This document shows positions 1-7,785 of a stretch of DNA of 19,719 nucleotides, one piece after another. Source of the stretch: Bdellovibrionota bacterium (GTDB lineage: Bacteria > Bdellovibrionota_C > UBA2361 > JBIKWN01). A model generated the notes under the pieces. The model did not search any database. It was not told the origin of the DNA and was given only the letters and a program-made list of their open reading frames with translations. The position numbers were made by a program, and so were the translations under genes. Each line of letters begins with the position of its first letter. Position 1 is the stretch's first letter. Where the stretch lies: assembly GCA_044356295.1 (NCBI GenBank), contig JBIKWN010000048.1, positions 1 through 19,719 of the forward strand. The letters are read 5' to 3'.

Positions 1-52
1 GTACGCGAAGGATTACATAAGATCCTTCGCGTACTTCGCGACCTTCGCGTTA
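1..52. repeat. Palindromic REP-like element built of CGCGAAG/CTTCGCG units, left arm cut by the window edge
   Basis: gtacgcgaaggat (1-13) and atccttcgcgtac (22-34) form a perfect 13-bp inverted repeat. Two more cttcgcg units follow, spaced 9 nt apart (cttcgcgta-cttcgcgac-cttcgcgtt). It lies just downstream of the HTTM gene stop. Confidence 0.7.
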
Positions 53-74
53 CAAAAAAGTCTTTAATCACTTC

Positions 75-1607
75 CTATCGGACAATAGTGCCCAACACCT
101 GCTCGGAAATAACTATACTCTGGGCAGCAGTACCATTAGCAGAGGGCTCAGGGGATTGTCTGGTGAGTCGTAAGAGCTTGAATTCAGCCATCAGGGGATA
201 TGTTTTTTTTAGATATGAAAAAGTATGGTCGATAAAATCCCCCGGTGCATAACCAGGAAAGCGAGAGTTCCATTCAGACCTAAGATATGAGTAATCTGAA
301 GGCATGGCAAAGTAACTTTCAAGTTTATCTGAATTGAATTCACTTCCTTTATCAAGGTCTATCCATATTGATGAATTTTTAGCTCTTCCTAATCGCACAT
401 ACATGTAAACTGTAGTCGGTGCATCAAATGAGAACATCCTCCAATGTTGTGGGATTCTTAAATACTGTATTAAAAATTGATTATATTGAGGAAGTGACCA
501 TGACGGCTCCCTGCCACCACTCATCCAAGATTTATAAGAATACAAAGAATGGATGAAGACATGCGAAATAATCATCACTGATAGAATACCAGTTACAATA
601 TGAGCAATTTTTGAAGAATTATTTTTTTCTACTCGGTTAATATCTGATGATTGGATCTTTTTATCATTAAAAATGAGTGCCCAAAAATAATTTGGTACTA
701 CAAGTATCGATAACGACATCATCACAGGGCTAAAAGGACCAAGTATCAGACAGAGTCCAATACCAAAATGTAAAAATAAAATTACACATGCTCCTATAAG
801 TCGAAATATAAAGGAATAAAACGGAAATAAAATAAGGATTGGCAATGCCCCTTCTAATATCAATACAGTTCGACTTAAAATCTGTAATAGCGAGAAAGAT
901 ACATAGTCACGAATGAGCACACCTATAAAAGTCACACGATCTGGAATCCATAAACTATAATATAGTGCGGTTCCTGTTTGCCATGTTACGCCAGTTTTTG
1001 TTAGGAAATTAAAAGTGTAAATGACTGCTATTGATACAAGACATCCTGCAAAAGCAATTGATGAGCCCAGTGAGTCAGAAAGATCCTCTTTACGCTTTAC
1101 CAAGGGTTTATTCAGAAACATTGGCAGCGAAAATGTGAATCTTTTATCGGTTGGAAGAAGAATAGTCCAAAGTAAAATGAGGTGCAGGACAATTGTTCCC
1201 CCGTTTTCTAATAAAAGGTTTCTGTTATTGATTGAAACCGAACAGAGCAAGGTAAGCACTTTAATCCACACACCTCCGATCCCACAGGTAAATAAAGCGA
1301 ATAAAATTGTAGAAAACAGAAAAAAGAGAATCACTTCATTTGGGGAACTGAATGCATCTAGAAACGAGAAAGCATAATCAACACTTGAAAATAACTTATA
1401 ATGATTAGGGAAAACCCCATTATTAGTATAAAATTCTTTGTAGTGAAAAAATCGAGTCAATACATCAGTCAGCAGAATACAACCGATACTGATTCTAAAT
1501 AGTGCTAATGCCCGCAGATCAAAAAAACAGTATCGATGATACAGAAAAGACAGTATCTTTCTTAAAAAGTGAATACTATTTTGGCTAAAACTACTCATAC
1601 ACTTCAT
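75..1607 (-). CDS. HTTM-domain polytopic membrane protein (SdpB / vitamin K-dependent carboxylase-related), with a C-terminal QxWxMF segment
   Basis: 510-aa ORF with many hydrophobic helices. Motifs DLRALALFRISIG, FYTNNGVFP, NRNLLLENGG, WQTGTALYY, LFLHFGIG and PQHWRMFS are typical of bacterial HTTM proteins. Confidence 0.8.
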   Translation of the reverse strand: MKCMSSFSQNSIHFLRKILSFLYHRYCFFDLRALALFRISIGCILLTDVLTRFFHYKEFYTNNGVFPNHYKLFSSVDYAFSFLDAFSSPNEVILFFLFSTILFALFTCGIGGVWIKVLTLLCSVSINNRNLLLENGGTIVLHLILLWTILLPTDKRFTFSLPMFLNKPLVKRKEDLSDSLGSSIAFAGCLVSIAVIYTFNFLTKTGVTWQTGTALYYSLWIPDRVTFIGVLIRDYVSFSLLQILSRTVLILEGALPILILFPFYSFIFRLIGACVILFLHFGIGLCLILGPFSPVMMSLSILVVPNYFWALIFNDKKIQSSDINRVEKNNSSKIAHIVTGILSVMIISHVFIHSLYSYKSWMSGGREPSWSLPQYNQFLIQYLRIPQHWRMFSFDAPTTVYMYVRLGRAKNSSIWIDLDKGSEFNSDKLESYFAMPSDYSYLRSEWNSRFPGYAPGDFIDHTFSYLKKTYPLMAEFKLLRLTRQSPEPSANGTAAQSIVISEQVLGTIVR

Positions 1608-1663
1608 TGTGATAATTCTAAGGATTCAGAGTCAATAATAAGAATGATAGGTTCGTTGGATGT

Positions 1664-3070
1664 ATGGGGCTAAAAATCACGAAACGTCAAAAGAGTATAC
1701 TGATAAGTATCTTCTTGATTACCAGTATCTGGTTACTAGCGGTTACCCCTATATTTAGAATTCCGGTTGTAGGAATTGCGGATAATGGGGATTTTTATAG
1801 GGTTATAAACCCAATAGGATTAGAAAAAATAGGTGGTCGCGAAAGTGGCGACCCAGTACTGCTTACAGAGTACTCAAAACAGAGGCCTATTTTTCGTCGA
1901 CTTTCATCTACGGCAAGTATAGTACCCTTTTTTATAAAGGAATTTCATACATTTCTGTTTGGCATAAGTAAGAACTTAGATATCCAGATTCTTGGAATAA
2001 CACTTTCGATTCTATTCCTGTTCTGTATGCTATTTGCTCACTTTTATCTGCTTATTCCAATTTCGACAATTGGTGTGATCTGTTTTATCTTCTCGGATCC
2101 AAGTTACCTACTCTATCTAAATAGTTTCCTTTCAGAAGGAACTGTTTTTATCAGTTTATTTTTATTAATCTGCTTTTTGATTTCCCACCGTCAAAAAAAA
2201 TCTAAACTGCTTCTCTATTTTATTTTCTTTATTTTTCTTTTTACGAAACATCACTTTGCAATTCTTGGATTACCTTTCTTTGTTTTTTATAGCTTACTAC
2301 ACCGCAGAACAGATTATGGGTTGCTGGTTATTGCTCTCGTAGCTCTTTATTTTTCATTCATTTCGCTCAATCAATTTAGAAAGATCAATATTTTTCTGCC
2401 TAATGCGTTCAATCGATTCGCATCCGGTCCTGCAGCCCTCAGTGACAATCCCACAAAGATACTTATAAACCTTAATCTAAAACCAGAATATCAAAAATAT
2501 GTAAATGCTAATTTCTGGTCACTCAATCTTGCAGATAATAATACGAGTGTTGAATTAAAAGAGATTATTAAAGTACCAATACACGCAATTGCTTTTGAAT
2601 ACTTCAAAGACTCTTCGGTTTTATCAAAGATTTCAGTCAAAGCTCTGGATGCAGTCGCTTTCAGTAAAATTTACACCGCTGCGCACTACTCTGATGTAAG
2701 TCACCCCCTGGAAAGATTTAGACGAGCCATTAGTTTTCGAGACTTTCTAGAAGAATGTTTCTCGAAGTATAAAATAACAACTTGGCTGATACTGATGTTC
2801 TTTGTTTTTTCTGCATTCTGTATCTCAAAAAGACGCATTCGTTATAGTATGGTCTTTCTTTCCTTATCAACGTTACTGATTGTTTCATCAAGTATTCTTG
2901 GTGATGGGCTTTGGGATTTTGAACGACATACTCTGTTGGCAAGGTTTTGTTTTGATATCCTGATAGGCTTATCAATCTATAGTATAATGCAGCACTGTTA
3001 TTATTATTTTTCCTCTACAAGATTCATTCACCAAAGAAAGTTTCTAAGAATTACGGAAGAAAAAGGCTAA
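1664..3070 (+). CDS. WsfD-like polytopic membrane protein, putative GT-C fold (lipid-linked sugar) glycosyltransferase
   Basis: 468 aa with many TM segments. GIADNGDFYRV in the first external loop and YLLYLNSFLSE resemble the WsfD-like family as I recall it. Confidence 0.6.
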   Translation: MGLKITKRQKSILISIFLITSIWLLAVTPIFRIPVVGIADNGDFYRVINPIGLEKIGGRESGDPVLLTEYSKQRPIFRRLSSTASIVPFFIKEFHTFLFGISKNLDIQILGITLSILFLFCMLFAHFYLLIPISTIGVICFIFSDPSYLLYLNSFLSEGTVFISLFLLICFLISHRQKKSKLLLYFIFFIFLFTKHHFAILGLPFFVFYSLLHRRTDYGLLVIALVALYFSFISLNQFRKINIFLPNAFNRFASGPAALSDNPTKILINLNLKPEYQKYVNANFWSLNLADNNTSVELKEIIKVPIHAIAFEYFKDSSVLSKISVKALDAVAFSKIYTAAHYSDVSHPLERFRRAISFRDFLEECFSKYKITTWLILMFFVFSAFCISKRRIRYSMVFLSLSTLLIVSSSILGDGLWDFERHTLLARFCFDILIGLSIYSIMQHCYYYFSSTRFIHQRKFLRITEEKG

Positions 3071-6000
3071 GCTTCCAAGCTAATGTTTCAAAACTTTTTA
3101 AATCCTCGATATCATGACCACCTTGATAGAGATAACTTACCGTGTGTGGTTTTGTATATGCTGGATCGTATTGCCCTCTGACGGTAAGAATCGGAATTTT
3201 CTTTGATTCTGCTAAAGCCTGCAAAGCGCCTTTATCATTACCAACTTGGTCGATGATTGCATCAACAGCGATTCCTTCTTCTAATAGAATTTTTTGTATT
3301 TTATTGCCATAAGAAACTGAATAGCTGACAATTTTTTGATAGTTGTTATGAGTTGCATATTTTTTGACGGCTTTAATAGTAGAAGCTAAAGCTTCTCGAT
3401 TAATACTTTTCTCGAACTTTTTTCCGTAGCCAATCGATCCTGGGTAATTTACCGCCAATACACGGTATCCTAAATTATTAAGCAGATGAAAATATGGGTT
3501 ATATCTTGGCGAAACATTTTCGTTTGGTCCTCCATGCCACCAAACAATTAATTTTTTTAGTGATGGATCGCCAAAAAGCCATGCTGGAATTGTTTCACTC
3601 TTGGAATCAGTTGGAATTTCAACAGCATTGATAGCGATTTGTTGATGAACCGGCCGATCAACAAGGAACTCCCATGTAGAGTCATTACCTAAACGACCGA
3701 GAGTTCGTGGATGGGTACTGTCTGAAATAATTCCGTAAATATCTTGATCAACTTTTACTGCACTATAAACAATAATATTTTTATCAGATTTATATTTAGA
3801 AGTTTCAATCCAATAGAAAGAACGATCTGCAAAACGCTTAAAATCTTGATTGGTATCAAGAAGGTCGAAATCTTCTTGTTCTCGAGCTGTGGCAGTAAGT
3901 TCAATAACCCCAGTTTCTTGCAAATTAATTGAGAAGGATCCCACTCGATCATCTGTTATACCTCTGCCTGTCAAACCGAAAGTGCCATCGGGAAGTGTAA
4001 AGATTTCACGCGCATCTGTTAAATTTTTTAGATTGTTTTCAGTGCAATCATTTTTATGATCATTGCCATTACAAATTATTACAATTGGATTCGTTCGAGC
4101 ACTCTTAATCCCTGCAAATACACCTTGATTGTTGATTGCGCAAAGATCAAAACTCTCAATGGCAACAGTCGAGTCAAGTTGTCGATCCATTGAACTACCA
4201 AGATAGGTGATAACTCTTGAACCATTTTCCTCAAAAGAAATTTTTCTTGAATGTGAATTAAGGCAAATCTTTCCAGTATCAGAATTGCCCTTGTTAATTT
4301 TTGTTAATTCAGTTGTGGCTTTATTATAAACATATAAATTATTTGATTGAGCTTGTGTTGAGACTGATAGGAGCAATACGTGTTGTTCACTCAAAGCATC
4401 AATGACCATCAAATGAGAATTACTGAAATCCAAAGAGGCAGGGATTTGCAATGGAAAAATTTCATTTTTATAATAAACCTTAGGGCGCATGAGCCCATTT
4501 TGATCTGTTTGTGCAAAAAGAACTTTGCCATACCAGTTGATTACTTTACTCTGGGATTTTTTCCATTCTATTGGAATAACGGCATCATCAAAAAAAAGAT
4601 GAGGACATTGTACGAGATAATTTTTAAGTGAATTCTTGGTTTCGTATGAAAGTGCATAAAAAGAAGCAAAAATTTCTATCTGCCTTATCAATTGCTGCGA
4701 GCATTCTTTTGACGAATTAAGTAGAGTTGTAAATTGCTGATTTGCTTCTGCACTATCCCCTGTACGGCTCGCATGAACTGCAGAAATTTCATACGTCGAA
4801 TATTGCTTGGGAAAATAACGCTTCTGTTGTTCAACTAGGGATTGGGCTTCGCTTGTCTTGTTCAGGTTAAGAAACTGATGAAGCTGTTCAGTAACTTTTA
4901 CATTGGTCCAATCCCAATATGTTTTGACTTCGTAAGTTTCATACGGATTTTTATCTAGTTTCGAAATTTGGTTTAATGCAAGAATCCGCAAAGGCATCTG
5001 ATAAAAACACAGACAGATAAATACGACTCCGGTTGCTTTTGCTACATACCATCTTGCTTGGCTCGCAATATTGAATTTTTTTTCAACAAGAAACGTAAAG
5101 ATTAAACAATAAATAATTAAACTTATTAATCTACTTGAAATAGGCTCTGAAAATGCCTGTATACTGACAGCAAATAAACTCAACAATAGTAATGCTTTTT
5201 TTGTTGTAAGCTTCTTCCATCGTAGCAGAATTGCAACTGGCGTAATCAAAAAGAACGTCAAATAAGCCAATCCTCCAATGATTCCTAATTCAACAAAATA
5301 CCTCAGGTATTCATTCATCACGACATTAAAAGACCCCTTGAGTATTCCAAATGAAGAATCAAGAGATAAATCAGAAAGCCTAATTACCAATTGTTTAGCG
5401 CCTATTCCAGTCAAAGGGGATTCATAAAAAAACTGTAATGTTTTCTGCCAAATTAATAGTCGCCCACTCCATGCTGATGGATTAAATATTGAAGTTAGAC
5501 TATTGGTATAGGGACTTGCTGAATTCCAATGTAAGAAATCTTTTAAAGAAAACGCCAAAAGAACAGTACTGATTCCAATGAAACAGATCCCTCTCCTGTG
5601 TTTTTGGCGATAAAAGAGTTTACGAAGTGACGGAATAAGAACAAACATTGCAAAATAAAATGCAAGAATTACCCACCCAGATCTGCATCGAAAAAGTACA
5701 ATACAAACAAGAGACAAAATAATATTTAAACTTGTCCAGAGTCGAATAAAAAAACTTCGTGATAGCAGAAGGAGATAGACACCCAGTGGCAATGCTTGAA
5801 GTAGGAATAAAACAAGTTGATTTCTAAATCCAAACGCTGAACCAAGCCAATCACCACTCACTATTGAGATTGGCATATAAAACCTATTAATAAACATCAA
5901 CAGCAACAAAAGCGTTACAGTAAAATTTATTGAGTAGATGACACCAAGTAAGGTGAATTTTTTCTGTTCAATAAGAATAATAATAGAAAGCAACAGTAAC

Positions 6001-6260
6001 CAGATTCCAATTTCATCAAGTACTAATCCAGGATTTGGAATATTGAACAATTGAAGAAATAATTCACCAACTATGAAATATAAAGGAAAAAGAAGGATCC
6101 ATGGCACATATTTATACCTTGGTCTTATTTCAAAAAAACTTACTATGACAAAGGCAGAGGTTAAGAGGCTCAGTGCGATGAAACGGTTGCTAGCTAAAGC
6201 TTGAAATCCTTGGAGATTAAGTAAACTACCAAATAAAATAAGGATTAGACTGTAAAACAA
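3051..6260 (-). CDS. Fusion of an O-antigen ligase (Wzy_C)-like membrane domain, a helical TPR-like region, a beta-rich (propeller-like) region and an S9-type alpha/beta hydrolase
   Basis: 1069 aa, TTG start. The first ~420 aa are polytopic, with FGFRNQL, RCRSGW, SGRLLIWQKTLQFFYESPLTGIG and MNEYLRYFVELGIIG. The C-terminus has LIVWWHGGP (H909), GYRVLAVNYPGSIGYG, SVSYG (S983), GQYD (D1032) and GGH (H1049). Confidence 0.8.
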   Translation of the reverse strand: MFYSLILILFGSLLNLQGFQALASNRFIALSLLTSAFVIVSFFEIRPRYKYVPWILLFPLYFIVGELFLQLFNIPNPGLVLDEIGIWLLLLSIIILIEQKKFTLLGVIYSINFTVTLLLLLMFINRFYMPISIVSGDWLGSAFGFRNQLVLFLLQALPLGVYLLLLSRSFFIRLWTSLNIILSLVCIVLFRCRSGWVILAFYFAMFVLIPSLRKLFYRQKHRRGICFIGISTVLLAFSLKDFLHWNSASPYTNSLTSIFNPSAWSGRLLIWQKTLQFFYESPLTGIGAKQLVIRLSDLSLDSSFGILKGSFNVVMNEYLRYFVELGIIGGLAYLTFFLITPVAILLRWKKLTTKKALLLLSLFAVSIQAFSEPISSRLISLIIYCLIFTFLVEKKFNIASQARWYVAKATGVVFICLCFYQMPLRILALNQISKLDKNPYETYEVKTYWDWTNVKVTEQLHQFLNLNKTSEAQSLVEQQKRYFPKQYSTYEISAVHASRTGDSAEANQQFTTLLNSSKECSQQLIRQIEIFASFYALSYETKNSLKNYLVQCPHLFFDDAVIPIEWKKSQSKVINWYGKVLFAQTDQNGLMRPKVYYKNEIFPLQIPASLDFSNSHLMVIDALSEQHVLLLSVSTQAQSNNLYVYNKATTELTKINKGNSDTGKICLNSHSRKISFEENGSRVITYLGSSMDRQLDSTVAIESFDLCAINNQGVFAGIKSARTNPIVIICNGNDHKNDCTENNLKNLTDAREIFTLPDGTFGLTGRGITDDRVGSFSINLQETGVIELTATAREQEDFDLLDTNQDFKRFADRSFYWIETSKYKSDKNIIVYSAVKVDQDIYGIISDSTHPRTLGRLGNDSTWEFLVDRPVHQQIAINAVEIPTDSKSETIPAWLFGDPSLKKLIVWWHGGPNENVSPRYNPYFHLLNNLGYRVLAVNYPGSIGYGKKFEKSINREALASTIKAVKKYATHNNYQKIVSYSVSYGNKIQKILLEEGIAVDAIIDQVGNDKGALQALAESKKIPILTVRGQYDPAYTKPHTVSYLYQGGHDIEDLKSFETLAWKLSLFLP

Positions 6261-6273
6261 TCAACTGTGACAA

Positions 6274-6447
6274 TTATGGAGTTATTACTATCCGTTCATC
6301 CACAGATAAGGTCACAGCAAAACCACCAAATGTGGCAAGTAAAACTTGAGGAGCTTCGTAAGCAAGGACTGGAGATGATTGTGTCTCAAGTGAAGAAGTA
6401 TCTTTCAGTTCTTCTTGTACGAATTTTGATTTATCTGAATCTGCCAT
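6274..6447 (-). CDS. Putative RiPP-type precursor peptide, 57 aa: MADSDKSKFVQEELKDTSSLETQSSPVLAYEAPQVLLATFGGFAVTLSVDERIVITP
   Basis: Small ORF on the same strand as, and between, the modification genes. It contains YEAPQV (6343-6360), matching the YxxPxL RRE-recognition motif. I prefer ATG 6447 to GTG 6477 because a -35/-10 pair overlaps the upstream extension. Confidence 0.7.
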   Translation of the reverse strand: MADSDKSKFVQEELKDTSSLETQSSPVLAYEAPQVLLATFGGFAVTLSVDERIVITP

Positions 6448-6455
6448 TACCTTGA

Positions 6456-6485
6456 ATAGTACACCCAAGATATCCACGGTATCAA
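6456..6485 (-). promoter_or_regulatory. Putative sigma70 promoter for the precursor peptide gene (probably leaderless)
   Basis: Minus strand reads TTGATA (6485-6480), 18 nt, TACTAT (6461-6456), 8 nt, ATG (6447). There is no properly spaced Shine-Dalgarno. Confidence 0.55.
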
Positions 6486-6531
6486 GAGAAAAAATGTAAG
6501 GTTTCCGCCTATAAACATCTAGAAAAACAAC

Positions 6532-7785
6532 CTATGTCCTAAGAAACTGACTAATGTGTAAGGTTACCGGTCTATTGAATTCATCGAAAGCATTGTAACA
6601 CTCTAATATTTTAAGCTCTAAATCCTCAATGTTTTGGATCTGGTTATCTCTCAAACAATTGAAATTTGGCAGTTCTAAAATACGACAACTGACCTCAAAA
6701 AGCTTCTCTTCAAATTTGTAACTTTGAGAACAGGTGGTTTCCTTCAATAAATCTTTGCGACTCAAAACTTCTACCATTGTTTGCTGTCCAACAGTTGCCT
6801 CATAGGCAAGAGATAACAAGCTCAGATCTGCAATTAACTTTTCAAGTTCGGAATAATATTTCTCCCTCTTAAGAAAGAAAAATGGGTATTTACTCGTCGT
6901 TAATTTCTTGTAGCGCCTTACTATCGAAAATAGCTCATCAAGCAAACCAAAGCATTGATCGTGTACCGATTGATTTATAACTATTGAATTAATTAACGAC
7001 TGCAGTCGAGTATTTTGAATATCACGTTCAAAAGATTTCCTCATGAATATTGACGTTGCAAGAATATCTTCGAGAGCATTTTCGAAAAAAATGTAAGGCG
7101 GATCAAATAACGGGATTTTTTTAGCAGCAGAAGAAGCCCAGTGGGAAACTTCTTGATACAATCTATTGGCTTCGTTTAGATCAATTGTTGAAGGCAGAAT
7201 AATTGTCAAATCAACATCAGATGAACCTGGAATAATTTCCTTATTCGCATATCGAGAATGAAAATGAAAAATTCCAATATTTTTCTTTTTACACAAAGAT
7301 TCTACATTAAACTTAACAACATCAAGCAAACAGCTCCAAAAAAAGCGAGCAAAACTATAATACTTGAACAAAGAAAAAAACTTTATTAAAAGAGCTTTAA
7401 TTAGTTCTTTAACAGGTTTTAGAATTTTATAACAAAATTCAATGCAGCTCTTGTATGTTTGATCTCTATTGGTTGCCTTCGCTGGAAAAACTCTGCCGAT
7501 ATACATCGATGCCATCACTGGCGGATCTTCATGATGTGATTTTAATGAGCTTGTAATAATTTTTTGGTCTTCAATTCTAACAAACTGATGCCAAATCATT
7601 ATTTGATCACGAATGATAGCAATTATCATTCCTGGACTGAGCTCACTCAGAGGGAATTTTTCAATAAAACATATCTCTGACCGTATGAGTGATGGTTCCA
7701 TACTATCACTCATGACTGGTGCATAAATCCGCTCACCAGAGAAAACTCTTCTTTGGACCTCAAGTAAGATCTGAATCTTTGTCAC
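6532..7785 (-). CDS. S24/S26 (signal-peptidase-like, Ser/His) peptidase domain fused to a Pol-beta-type nucleotidyltransferase domain
   Basis: aa 1-100 contain VMSDSMEPSL (S28), LSPGMIIAI, WHQFV (H66) and EDPPV...YIGRV. aa ~170-200 contain FHSRYANKEIIPGSSDVDLTII (D190, D192). The GTG start overlaps the upstream TAG (TAGTG). Confidence 0.7.
   Translation of the reverse strand: MTKIQILLEVQRRVFSGERIYAPVMSDSMEPSLIRSEICFIEKFPLSELSPGMIIAIIRDQIMIWHQFVRIEDQKIITSSLKSHHEDPPVMASMYIGRVFPAKATNRDQTYKSCIEFCYKILKPVKELIKALLIKFFSLFKYYSFARFFWSCLLDVVKFNVESLCKKKNIGIFHFHSRYANKEIIPGSSDVDLTIILPSTIDLNEANRLYQEVSHWASSAAKKIPLFDPPYIFFENALEDILATSIFMRKSFERDIQNTRLQSLINSIVINQSVHDQCFGLLDELFSIVRRYKKLTTSKYPFFFLKREKYYSELEKLIADLSLLSLAYEATVGQQTMVEVLSRKDLLKETTCSQSYKFEEKLFEVSCRILELPNFNCLRDNQIQNIEDLELKILECYNAFDEFNRPVTLHISQFLRT

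Noticed and set aside
1..52. CRISPR array or IS end
   Set aside because: The units are only 7-9 nt with no spacers, and no cas or transposase gene is in the window.
1021..1377. 118-aa plus-strand ORF, and the other 60-90 aa ORFs nested in long genes
   Set aside because: They are shadow frames inside well-supported genes, with no recognisable motifs.
6267..6455. Plus-strand 62-aa ORF antisense to the precursor
   Set aside because: It runs opposite to the cluster and has no recognisable motif; the minus-strand ORF has motif, promoter and context support.
6448..6477. GTG start giving a 67-aa precursor
   Set aside because: The extension overlaps the predicted -10 box and spacer; ATG 6447 fits better, though the longer form is not excluded.
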